Source: Octopus sinensis
Lineage: Eukaryota
NCBI RefSeq assembly: GCF_006345805.1
Contig: NW_021831826.1
Coordinates: 275 to 64,274, forward strand
Length of the DNA stretch: 64,000 nucleotides
Reading direction: 5' to 3'
Part shown: piece after piece, positions 25,597 through 39,667 of the stretch
Numbering within the stretch: position 1 is the first letter of the stretch
How the letters are laid out: each line of letters begins with the position of its first letter
Notes under the pieces: generated by a model
The model's input: the letters and a program-made list of their open reading frames with translations, nothing else
The model's database searches: none
What the model was told of the DNA's origin: nothing
Program-made: the position numbers and the translations under genes

Positions 25597-26755
25597 ATGT
25601 GGGCCAGAGTGATTAAATCGCCAAACTGGAAATACCCAGGACCGGATGGGGTACAAGGATATTGGCTGAAAATTTCCCCAGCACTACACAGAAGAATAGC
25701 CAAGCAAATATATAAAATGATCAACAACAGTGTACAAATCCCAAAGAGGCTGGCCACAAGTAAAACAATTCTTTGCCAAAATAATCCCAACAAAGCAATG
25801 CAGTGGATAATCACCGGCCTATCACCTGTCTGCCCCTCATGTGGAAGCTGATGACAGGAATAATATTTAATTAGGTGTATGATTTCCTGGAAATAAATTA
25901 CAAAGCACTAGTGGAAGAGAAAGGGTACAGAAAGAATAGCCAAGTTACACTTACAGACTATTATGGTATCAGAACGGAAAATGAAAAGGGAGACAGTGTT
26001 TGTAAGCAACCGCACACGATCAGGCATTCATAACTAACTACATAAAATCCAAAATAGACAAAAACCAGGCAAATTCCCAATGTAGAGACTTTTAACATGA
26101 ATTCACACAGAAAAGGGAGTCAGCAGTGAAGGCCAGATAGCAAGAAAGTAATATCACTGAAGGCAGAGAATCATAAGTGCTTCGGAGTATTAGAATCTGA
26201 GAGTGTACTAACAATGGAAATGAAAACAAAAATAGCTAAGGAGTACATCGGAAGGTTGAAGAAGCTAATGAAGGGAAAGCGAAGGGTTCTAAATCTAGTA
26301 AAGGTTGTAAAAACTTTGGGAAGTGTCGTTACTTCGGTATTCAGCAGAATTTGTTGATTGGAAAAGATCTGAATTAGCAAATCTAGACAGAAGAACTAGG
26401 AAGGAATTCAATATGAATAGAGGACTTCAGCCTCGATTAGGAAGAGCAAGATTGCACTTACTTAGAATAACGAAGGTGGAAGCGGTTTAATATCAGCAGA
26501 AAGTAGGGTAGAGTTAGCTAGAGTTGATATATATAATAATGAATAAAATTTATGATTTGCCTGAGTTATAGTAGGAGATAGGAAAGGAAAAAGCCAAATG
26601 AAATTAAAACAATAAAAAAAGTAGGAAGATAATCTAACTGACAAGAGAATGTATGGCAATGTCGATTGGCAAAGATAGTTGCAGGAAATAGTAATATTGA
26701 GACATGGTTATGGTTGCTGAAAGGAAGCTGAAAAGGGAGACAGAGTTTCTAAGCA
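25597..26755 (+). mobile_element. Decayed R4/Dong-like RT remnant (U3; RT core deleted)
   Basis: ORF 25597-25851 contains KSPNWKYPGPDGVQGYWLK. Same deletion junction ACAGAAAA|GGGAGTC at 26114/26115. Confidence 0.85.
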
Positions 26756-28485
26756 AAAATTAATTGTAAGGTCGGACTTATATTTCGGAGAGATCTATGA
26801 AAATTAACATCCACATCATGTGATGTATTACAATAATGATTGCAGGTGTAGGTTTCAGGACTAATGATTGTCCATTACTTGAACGTTTGCGCTATCAGCC
26901 CTATCGTAAGCATTTGAGACAATGATATTCCATTGTCCCACACCCTACCGTCTTAACCACGGAAAGAACACAACACACATTGCGATTTAAGTAAATCAAC
27001 GGCATGATCATGGCCGAAAAGCCTCTGATCATAGTCTTGTCATCATTGAACAACAAGCATTCTTTACAAATAACTGAAATATATTCTGCGAAACGAGGAA
27101 AATTGGCCGGGTTTCCATTTTAGTAACTAGAGCGATGAGGTCCTATTTTTGAGCAGATATCGCCATCCCAATAATCGGTAAAAACAATGGCGTTTGTTTT
27201 AGAAAAGCGACAAGTAGATAAGAATATTCTGTGGGTGTTGTCAGGACATATGAAAAATAAAGTTTTGGTAATATAATAGAAGTCGAGGACATGAAATCGT
27301 GATTAAGGTCGTGATTTCAGATCCTGGGACGAGTGGTGTTTTGTGCGCAGAACAATTCATCTTATGTTGCACAGCGACCATTTCAACACTCGACGTGTAG
27401 GAATGGTGACTAGCTGGAAAATGGATTTATTTTCCGGATATTAAAGAATTTCAGCCAATCACATACATCAAGAAAAAATACTGCCACTCTCGTTTTAAAA
27501 ATAATTAGAGAATTATTACAACAGGGTATTTCAATCAGTATGCTTTTCGGATAGCACCTGGAAGGTTGAGACAAAGAACTTATATGAGGCAAGAGAATAT
27601 TCCGATAAGTGGATAAAACATTTAATTTCTGTCAAAAATTCAAACCGAAGTCATATTTGGGGCCGTCTCTATAAAGGTAAATCAATTTTTGTTACTTTTC
27701 TTTTAAGATTTAACATTTGTATCTACACACACATGTATATATGATTTATTTTTCCCTCTCTCTCTATCTTTCTATAACTATGCAAATTAATACAATTAAG
27801 TTGTTCCTGACGATCATTTGTCGGTGAGATTTTGGTTCCAAGCAACCATAACGTTGTTACATGCACTTCAGAATTATTATTCAAACATTTCTTTGTCCTG
27901 TTCATCCTATATATAGACTTCTACATAAACACATATGCATAGGCGTGGCTGTGTGGTAAGAAACATGCTTCACAAGCAGATAGTTCCAGGTTCAGTTTCA
28001 CTGCATGGCAATTTGGGAAAGTGTCTTCTACTATAACCTCAGACCGACCAAAGCCTTACGAGTGGATTTGGTAGACGGAAACCGAAAGAAGTGCGTTCTA
28101 TATGTATCTATATATATTGAAGCATATGTGTGTTTGTGTGTGTGTGTGTGAGTTTGTTTGTTTGTGTATGTGTGTTTCTGTCTTTGCGACTATGTTTGTT
28201 ACCCATTCATATCTTGACAGCAAGTTTTTTAAGGCCCCTCCTTAACATTGCGGTTCGGCAAAAGCGGCCAATAAAATAAGTACTTGGCTTACAAAGAATA
28301 AGCTCCGATGTCAATTTACTGGGCTTAAAGGCTTTTGATATGGTGCTCCAGCATGACCGTGGGCAAATGACTTCAACACGTAAAGGAATTTAAAGAATAA
28401 GAATACACCTTTATATGTGTGTGTGCGCATGCGTGTGTGTATATATATAAATGCGTATGAATATATAAATATGTACTTATATACC

Positions 28486-28521
<36 letters not shown>

Positions 28522-28594
28522 AGTGTTTTGCCTCGTACACATGTGCATGATTTCCAACACACATGTAGACACACGCTCACATATACATTCATAT

Positions 28595-28597
<3 letters not shown>

Positions 28598-28635
<38 letters not shown>

Positions 28636-28966
28636 TATATATACATATATACATATATATATATATATTATATATATATATACATATATATATTTATATA
28701 TATATACATATATATATATATATAATATATATACATATATATATATTATATTTATATATATCTATATATATATATATTATACATATATATTTATATATAT
28801 ATATATATATATCTATATACATTATATACATATATATATTTATATCTATATATATATACTATATATATTATATACATATACATATATTTATTATATATAT
28901 ATATACATATATATATATTTATATATATAATACATATATACATATATATATTTATATATATATATA
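28598..28966. repeat. Degenerate (TA)n expansion (paralog ~52135-52300)
   Basis: Direct reading. Confidence 0.95.
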
Positions 28967-30227
28967 CAAACGAAAATACATACACACACTCATATGCGCA
29001 CACATTCATACACACACCATATTTGTGCGTGTTTGTTTATGTATATATATCCTCATGCATCTTTATATAACCATACATGATTACGTATGACCCCGCGTAG
29101 AAATTCTTCGTCCTAAAGTCCTAGATTGCCGCCTATAAAGTGGTTTCTGGTTAGGTAGATTGCCAGTGGTTGTGTTTTGTGGGGGAATTGGACAGTCGAC
29201 TAATTGGACTTCAGCACCTCTGAGAAATGAAAGGCAAAGGGTAGTTCGACAGGAAAGGAAATCAGAATGCGAATAGATAAATCGAGTTTTGTTATTTTTC
29301 TTTTAAGATTTAACATTTATATATACACACACATATATATGATTTATTTTTCCATCTCTCTCTATCTTTCTATAACTATGCAACTTAATAGAATAACGTT
29401 GTTCCTGACAGTCATTTGTCGGTGAGCATTTGGTTCCAAGCAACCATAACGTTGTTACACGCACGTAAGAAATATTAGTTAAACATTTGATTGTCCTCTT
29501 CATCCTGTTTATAGACGTCTACATAAACACACATGCATAGGCGTGGCTATGTGGCAAGAAGCTTGCTCCGCAAGCACATAGGTCCAGGTTTCGTTTCCCT
29601 GCTTGGCAACCTGGGAAAGTGTCTTCTACTATAACCTCGGGCCGAGCAAAGACTTGTGAGTGGGTTTAGTAGACGGACCCGAAGGAAATCCGTTATATAT
29701 ATATATATATACATATGTGTGTGTGAGTGTGTCTGTGAGTGTATGTGTGGTGCGCGCGCGTGTGTGTGTGTGTGTTTACCTGTGTGCGTGTGTGTCTGTG
29801 TGACTATGTTTGCTACCCGTTCACAGCTTGAGAGCAGTTCTTTTACTCCCGCCTTAACATAGTTGTTCGGCAAAAGCGTTCAAAAAAATATGTACCAGGC
29901 TTACAAAAACTAAGCCCAACTGTAAATTTCTTCGGCTCTTCGGCTTAAAGGCCTTTCAGGTGGTACTCCAGCAAGGCCGCAGTCAAATGACTTAAACAAG
30001 TAAAAGAATTAAAGAGAATACACTATTTATATGTGTGTGTAGATCTCTGAATGCGTATGAATATTTTTATATATATATATATACAAATATGTGTGATCGT
30101 GTGCGTGTGTGTGTATGTGCATGTGTGTGTGTCATGTGTGTATGTTAAAAGCCGAACACTTGTGCATGTACTCACACACACAGATGCACATAGACGCCCA
30201 CATATACATTAATATATATATATACAT

Positions 30228-30283
<56 letters not shown>

Positions 30284-30334
30284 TCGAACGTACTCAGACA
30301 ATCTAAAGTTTTTTGTGTATATCGAATAATAATA

Positions 30335-31030
30335 AATTGGTATGCGGATGCTCAAGTGAACAACTTAGGGAATTAGTACAGTCTTTAACCTCTAGTACCT
30401 GCATCTGCTGTGTGACTCATGTGGCAAGTTACACAGGGTGAACTGGGCGTCCCTAAACATTCGAGGCTATGTTTTACTTGAGAAAACCCATGCACATGAA
30501 GGTTACAATATACTAAACACATGCAGAGTAAACCACGTAGAATATCACTTTCATTCTTCTGCTAGTAGCAGAATAATTCAATCCTAGATGTCATTTAATA
30601 AATTGATGCTTCATCTTGATAGTAAGGTCGGACTTATATTTCGGAAAGATCTACGAAAATTAACTTCCATATCATGTGATATATTACAATAATGAATGTA
30701 GATGTAGGTTTATGAACTAATGAATGTCCATTACTTGAACATTTGCGCTATCAGCCCTATCGTAAGCATTTGAGTCAATGATATTCCATTGTCTCACACC
30801 CTACCGACTTAACCACGGAAAGAACACAATACACATTGTAAGTAAAACGACGGGATGATCATGACCGAAACGCCTCTGATCATAGTCTTGTCATCAGTGA
30901 ACAACAAGCATCCTTTACAACCAACTGAAATATATTCTGTGAAACGAGGAAATTCGGGTTTGCATTTTAGTAACTAGAGAGATGAGGTCTTTTTTGAGCA
31001 GATATCGCCATCCCAATAATCGATCAAAAA
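30335..31030 (+). mobile_element. Decayed Penelope-like GIY-YIG remnant, U3
   Basis: TGTGACTCATGTGGCAAG (CDSCGK) then TACACAGGGTGAACTGGGCGTCCC (YTG*TGRP) and CTAAACATTCGA (LNIR) at ~30410-30465. Confidence 0.6.
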
Positions 31031-31278
31031 CTTATATGAGGCCATAGAATATTCAGATAAGTGGATAAAACTTATTTAATTTCTGACGGTAATTTGTCGG
31101 TGAGCATTTGGTTCCAAGCAACCATAACACCCACCCCCCTTAACATAGCGGATCGGCAAAAGTCACCAATAAAATAACACATAGAAACATATAGACACAC
31201 ACACGCACATATATATACATATATACGACGGGCTTCTTTAAGTTTCTGTCTACCAAATCACTCACAGGGCTTTACGCC

Positions 31279-31312
<34 letters not shown>

Positions 31313-33347
31313 AACGTACATATTTGCACACATTCACATTCACATACACACACAGGTACACTTACACACACACACATACACGCACATATATTTGTTCGTG
31401 TTTGTGTATGTATATATATCCCGATGCATTTTTATATAACCAGACATGATTACATATAACACCGCGTAGCAATTCTTGTCCTGAAATCCTAGATTGCCGC
31501 TCATATAATGTTTACTCTGGCTTAGGTAGAATGCCAGTGGTTGTTGTTTTGTGGGGGAAGTGGTCAGTCGACTAATTGGACTTCAGCTCCTCTGAGAAAT
31601 GAAATGCAAAGGGGACTTCGGCGGGAAAGGAACTCAGAACGCGAATTACCGACAGAAGCGCTGCAAAGCAATTTGTAAAGTTGTGTACAGGCATTGTGTA
31701 CAGGCATTGCCGACTATTTTGCTTGGATATTCTTGTTTAATATTATATTTTTAATTTAAGCTCTATACTTTTTAACTGTACAACTTATTTTTTCATTCGA
31801 AAGTCCTGCGGGGATGGGAAGATGGCGAAGCATTCAGATCTGAGGTGGTGGAAGCATGTATTTAGTGGTCTACACACAAGTGTCCTATGGGTTTTTGGTT
31901 GCATGTGTGCTGAAGCAGTTGAATTCATGGAAAATCCTGCTCACCTAGAGACCGGAGACAATGCTATATAACTAAATGGTTGTGAAGATGACGACTGGAT
32001 GTCCTCTGACCATAGCTTTACTCAATCAGGAAACATTGGCTTGTGACGCAGATATGTTTACAATGTTTTCCATCAAACACCTGGAGATACCTGCGAAATC
32101 TCTTTCCAATCACACACTCTTATTTTAGACAATGGAGGACATGGTTGCTAATGTTTGAATAAAAATAATTAGTAGGGTATAATTGGAATGCCTTTGTGCA
32201 AAATTACGATCAGTCAGGGCAAACAACAACGTCGACAACAACACCCTAAGTAAAACACAAAAAAACAAACAAAGATATGTACCTAAAATTGGCCTCGTTC
32301 TCAGACTGTATCACCACATCAAACAACGCAATTTTCTGCGTCAGACTTTCTATCATTACATGATACAACGCCATATCGTTAGCTGACAAGAGACATCACT
32401 TAGGAGTAACGCTCAGATTTTTCTCGGGATCCATGTAAATTCAGTGGGTGTTGCTTCGGGAAAATGCCTAGTAAATAAGAAGGATTCTGGGATACTGTCC
32501 CACCTATGTCATATAACATGTTAAATAATATAATTGGTGTCCAAGGCGAATGACCACGCTGTTAACGGTGTTACATTCGCGATAGCGAGATCGCGGTTTC
32601 AATTCCCGTAAAGGGAATTGTATTGCGTTCTTAAGCAAATCACCTCATCTTATATTACTTTGCGTCGTGTAGAAATGGTGAATTTCTTAAAAATGGATTT
32701 ATTTTCCGGATATTAAAGTACAGCGAATAACATACATCGACAGAAGATACTGACACTGCCGTTAAAAAAACACATAACGGGTTATAAAAAATGTGTACTT
32801 CGGTCAGTATTCTTATCCGATACAAGCCGGAGAATGAGACAATAAACTTTCACGATGAAATAGAATATTCAGATAAGTGGATAAACCTTTTCTAATTTCT
32901 GTAAAAAATTAAAACTGAAGTCATATTTGGAGCCGACATTGTAAATGTAAATCAATTTTTGCTACTTTCCTGTAAATATTTAAAATTGATATTTATACAC
33001 ACACATATCTACACTGGCGAGATTAAATTTAAGACCGTTGATAATAATCCTATTTCTCACAAAATATTTTGTTACTAACACCATACAAATTATTTCTAAC
33101 TTTTACACTTTATGGAGACTTTATTTCTCTTTGGAATGATGCAGACAATAACTAATTTTATACAACTTGAAGAATGCATGAAAGTACTAGTTCAATCAGA
33201 GTGGATATTTGATATTCTATCGCTTCATTATGTTATCTTATCTTATCATATATTATTATAGGATTATAAATAAATCATGAAAATCAAACTTGGAATTTCT
33301 TTCAGTAATATATTCTCCTATACACAATCATACATACCTGTGTATAA

Positions 33348-34290
<943 letters not shown>

Positions 34291-34560
34291 ACATATAAGT
34301 GAGTTGTGTATGTGCGTGTATTCATTCAAACAATTACTAAAATATATAGCTGCACCAAGTGGGAAATTCCGTTTGTACAATTGTTCCGAGTATAAATTAT
34401 TTGATAAACAAACCACTTGACAAACAGTAGAAAAGTAGACATTCAAGATAAATTTTAATACAGAATAAGCAGGATAAGAAGAAAAAGGCGTAGCAGAGTG
34501 TCTTTGAGGAGATCACAGTATTTGAGACGAAAAATTTTACTAATAGTAATAATAATAATA

Positions 34561-34598
<38 letters not shown>

Positions 34599-34601
34599 GT
34601 C

Positions 34602-36320
34602 AAACAATTCAGTGACGACATCAGAATGCAATTCGGCCTCGATAAATGTGCAATGGCTACCTTTATCAAAGGAAAATGACAGAAACATCTAACGTTAACC
34701 TTGACCAACAGAATGTCATAAAAGAACTAGACCCAGTGGAGAGCTACAAGTACCTAGGGGTAATTGAAGGGACGGAATAAGGCATTCAGAGATGAAGGAA
34801 AGGATCAGGAGAGAATGCTATCGAAGAGTGAGAGCAATACTCAAGACAGAGCTGAATGCAAGAAACAGGATCGAAGCGATCAATGCATTAGCTATACCAG
34901 TCGTGACTTACAGTTTCAATATTGTTAACTGGTCAATTACTGAAATATGTCAGTCGAGCTCGACAGAAAAATAAGGAAACTGTTGACAATGCATAGAATG
35001 CACCACCCTAAGGCAGATACAGAACGACTCTATCTGCCAAGAAAGAGGGAGGCCGTGGTCTTTTGCAACTGGCAATAACAATGAAGATTGCTACAATTGG
35101 CCTAGACACCTACCTGAAAAACTCTGAGGACTGGATGCTAAACTTGTCTCAAAACTGAAAACAAGAAAGCATCATACTCAGTCACAAAACAGGCAAAGGA
35201 ATATCTAAGTGAATTCCGAATACAACCATTTCGGAATTAGAGATAGATATACAAGAAACAAGCACAGAAAAAGCTAGGCGCATGAAAACCCGTGCCAAAA
35301 CTGCGGCCTTAGATATTCTGAATAATAAATGGCAAGAAAAACCTCTCTATGGGCAAATACCCAAGAGAGCGAATAATGCAGATATCGACAAAGCCCTGAC
35401 CCATCAATGGCTAATGGTCTCTCTGGCTTAAAATCTGAAACAGAGGGGTTTATCATAGCAGCTCAAGATCAATGCCTACCACAAGAAACTACCAGGCCAA
35501 CATATTAAGATCAGAAGCAGTCCAACGTGTCGTGTATGCAAGCAACAAAATGAAACCATTGACCATGTGGTCTCCAAGTGCAGTCTTCTAGCGCCTACAG
35601 AGTATCTCAACAGGCACGATAGAGCTGCACAATATATTCACTGGGTAATCTGTAAAAACCTGGATTTGCCCCATGAAAAAAACTGGTGGGAACACAAACC
35701 ACCCCCAGTGCTTGAAAATGACCACATCTCACTCCTCTGGAACTTCACCATTCAAACTGACAGGAAGATAGATGCAAATAGGCCAGACATCATATTGAAA
35801 AACTTCAAACAAAGAACATGCCTCCTCATTGATATGACTGTCCAATCGATATAAACGTATCTGTCAAGACCTACCAAAAACTGAGCAAATATAAAGATCT
35901 TGAAATAGAAATCAGCAAATGTGGAAGCTGAAGACTAAAACAATACCTGTTGTCATAGGTGCCCTGGGAATGATAGCAAAAGGGGCTGATAGCTACCTAA
36001 TCAGATACCAGGAAACCCCAAAATGGCAGAAGTTCAAAAGATAGTGCTCATGGGAACTGCTCATATCCTACGCAAAATACTCTCTATGTAATCTCAAGTT
36101 TAAAGCAAACATAATTTTCGGTTTAAAAAAAAAAAAAAAAAACCTTTTTTTTTTTAGACATTCATTAGTACAACATCCCCACCCCCCAAATATAGGGCAC
36201 ACTAGGCATAACAACAACATGAACATCCAACCCTGTTGTCTCTTGAGGTCTCTGGGTGAGACTTGGAGACAACTTGTACAAATATAAAGCAAAAGTCAAA
36301 CATAGAATAATAATAATAAC
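34602..36320 (+). mobile_element. Young 5'-truncated R4/Dong-like (RLE) non-LTR retrotransposon inserted in (AAT)n
   Basis: Translates as VKQFSDDIRMQFGLDKCA...YKYLGV...RRVRAILKTELNARNRIEAINALAIPVVTYSF...RLYLPRK.GGRGL...CRVCKQQNETIDHVVSKC (CCHC knuckle)...RHD...LWNFTIQTDRKIDANRPDII...IDMTV...KLSKYKDL...VVIGALG (PD-(D/E)xK-type RLE). Stop TAA at 36089-36091, then a 3'UTR and an (AAT)n tail. Empty site in U5 at ~57735-57810. Confidence 0.93.
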
Positions 36321-36330
36321 AATAATAATA

Positions 36331-36548
36331 GTCGTTCCTACTATAAGCACAAAGCCTGACATATTCTTGGATGGGGGGAGTTAGTCGATTACATAGCCCC
36401 TAGTACTCAACTGGTATTTAATTTATAGACCTCGAAATGTTGAAATGTGAAGTTGACCTCGGGGGATTTGAACTCAGAAACTAATGATGGATGAAATACT
36501 ACCAAGCATTTTGCCCGGCGTGCTAACGATTCTGCCAGCTAAACCTCA

Positions 36549-36596
<48 letters not shown>

Positions 36597-37258
36597 CCTG
36601 TCTAATGGAAGCACAAGGACAAGTCCATTACATCGATCACGGTGTGTAACTGGTACTTAATTTATCGTCTCCGAAAGGGTGAAGGGCAAAGTCGATCTAA
36701 GCGGAATTTGAACTCAGAATGTAGTGAGAGACGAAATACTTATCTCTTTACTACCCACAAGGGGCTAAACACAGAGAGGACAAACAAGGACAGACACGCT
36801 GATTAAGTCGATTATATCGCCTCCAGTGCGTAACTGGTACTTATTTAATCGACTACAAAAGGATGAAAGGCAATATCGACCTCGGTGGAATTTGGACTCG
36901 GTGGAATTTGAACTCAGAACGTAACCGCAGACGAAATACTTCTAAGCGTTTCCCCCGGCGTACCAACAACAACAACAACAACAACAACAATAAAGTGAAT
37001 ATCAAATATATATTGCGCGTGTTTCATTGGCAACAGACGACCATCTCCAAATAGAAGAATTTCTGTTTTAACACCCAATTTCAAAAATGCATGACCGTAA
37101 TAATATTAAATATTAAGTAGAAATATTCCGCCGAGGCTGTCTTGGCCTTTTATCCTTTCGGGGTCGATGAAATCAATATCAGTTATGTACTGGGGTCGAT
37201 GTAATCAACTTACTCTCTCCCCCGAATTTGCTGGTGTTGTGCCAAAATTTGAAATCAA
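36331..37258 (-). mobile_element. SINE-B cluster (U3)
   Basis: Paralog with a 16-bp tandem duplication CTCGGTGGAATTTG(G/A)A at 36881-36912. Confidence 0.78.
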
Positions 37259-37407
37259 TGTGTAGGAGAAATAAAACAAAACACAGCATCACTCACTAAT
37301 GGACACCATGTTAATGGTTTTAACAAATTATAAAGTGAACGGCTTAGAGAGTGTTTCATCTTTATGCGTGTTTCCTTGGATTGAATCTGTGTAGGTGGGC
37401 ATGTTTA

Positions 37408-38125
37408 GGCGCGGCTGTGTGGTAAGACGCTTGCTTCCAGATCTGGTTTCGGGTTCAGTTCCACTGCGTGGCACACTGCGCACATGTCTTCTACCGTAGC
37501 CATTGGACTCTCAAAATCCTCAGGAGTGGATTTGGTAGATGGAAACGGAAAGAAGCCCGTCGTGACTATTCTTTTACTTGTTTCAGTCATTTGACTGCGG
37601 CCATGTTGGAGCTCCGCCTTTAGTCGAACAAATCGACCCTAAGACTTAATCTTTGTAAGCCTATTACTTTTTCTATCAGTTTCCTTTCCAGAACCGCTAG
37701 GTTACAGGGACGTAAGCACACCAACATCGGTTGTCAAGGGATGGTGGAGGGACAAATATAGACACACAAATACACACACATAGGACGGGCTTATTTGTGT
37801 TTCCATCTATGAAATCCACTCAAAAGGCTTTGGTCGGCCCTAGGCTATAGTAGAAGACACTCAGCCAAGGTGTCTGGCAATGGGACTGAACCCGGAACCA
37901 TGTGTTTCTTACTCTACGGACACTCCTATGCCTATATATGTCTGTCTGTATGTATCAGTGTGTGCGTGTGTCTCTGTGTACGGTGTGTCCCACCGCTTGA
38001 CGGCCTGTGTTGGTGTGATTACATTCCGTTAACTTATCGGTTCACCAATATACTCCAATAAAATAAGTACAGGCTTAAAACATTAAGTACTGAGGTCAAT
38101 TAGTTCGACTCAAAACTTCTCAAAC
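37408..38125. mobile_element. Nested SINE-A pair, U4
   Basis: Same arrangement as 48-750. Confidence 0.78.
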
Positions 38126-38510
38126 CAGTGGCATCTCTATATATGCACATAATCCTTTCCAAGCCATTTTCGTTAAAGGAATTGTTCGTTACCCGAGTAA
38201 TTGAAATACATACAAATAGAAGAAATGTGTTCCATGCCCTCCCCAAAGCCACATAAAAGTGTATATTATACCTTAGCGTTGATACAAAAGAAAATCATGT
38301 AAAAGGCCGTATGTAATGTGACTGCTCAGTTTGGTTTACAACTAAAACACCGGCTGAAACAGAAAAATGTGGTGGAGAAATTGCGTATCAAAGGTGATAT
38401 GAAGTGGTTGATCATTGAGCGGAGGGACATAAATTATAACAGATAATGATCAAGCAAAATATTTAGCGTTATTCAAGAACATTCATTTTATAATTTATAA
38501 TATAAGTGTG

Positions 38511-38877
38511 GGTGGAGGAGTAGCTGTTTAGTAAGTAGAGTGCTTACTAACCACATGGTTCGGGGTTCAGTCCCATTGCGTGGCGTCTTGGTAAATGCGT
38601 TTCTACTATAACCTCGGGCGACCAAAGCCTTGTTAGTGGATCTGGAAGACGGAAACTGAAAGAAGCCCATCATGAGGATGTGTGTGTGAGTTTGTGTGTC
38701 TGTGTTTGTCCCCGACCATCGCTTGACAACCGATGTTGGTGAGTTTACGTCCCCGTAATTTAGTGGTTCAGCAAAGAAGACTCATAGAATAAGTACAAGG
38801 CTTACAAATAATAAGTTCGATTAAAAAGGTGGTGCTACAGCATGGCCGCAGTAAAATGGCTGAAACAAATAAAAGAA
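38511..38877 (+). mobile_element. SINE family A (U4)
   Basis: Paralog of 1130-1494. Confidence 0.82.
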
Positions 38878-39667
38878 CTGTGCAGAGTGGTTACAAGTAT
38901 GCACAAAGTCTCTTATAGCTGTTTCTAGAATACTAAGCATGTTATTGAGTAAAGAATTCATCTGAGCAAATTATTCCGTTATTGAGAAAGAAGTAGAAAA
39001 TGCAGAAATGCATAATATCCTTTATCGAGGATATTATTCGTTACCAGTCTTTTGGGAAACCATGGAGTTCCAGATAAATGTGTTTGGTATTTTCGTGATC
39101 GAAGAGTTAGTAAAGTTTCCAGGTAAGTCCCTGGCAAAGGATAATGGAAGTTAACAGTTGCATCTTTGAATAGAAAGTGAATCAGTTTTGTAAGGCCTTG
39201 GAAGAGTCTATTATTAGGCGAATGAGAAATACATGAGAGTATATAGAGATTAGTCTATATAGTGAGGGTGTGTTTGACTTGGGGGTTAAGGGGATGCATG
39301 TATACACATACATGCATACGGACAGAGACATACATATATACACACGCACTAACATATGCACACACAGACGCACACACACATACATGCAGTGGCATATCCC
39401 ATTGATATACACGCAGTCAGATACACACAAATTACGCGGCCATACATACACATGCATACGTATGAGTTTAGAGATGGACAGATAATGTATGTTTGCACAC
39501 ACATACACACACACATACAAATTCTCGCATAGTCATCGTATATAAGTATAGAGAGTTAAATTAAATTAGGTCAGTAGAGGAGAGAGAGGAGAGGATTGTT
39601 TAGTAATTAAGGATGAGAAAAAGCAGATGTATAAACACCTGTCGCCTCATTGTATATTTGACTACCA

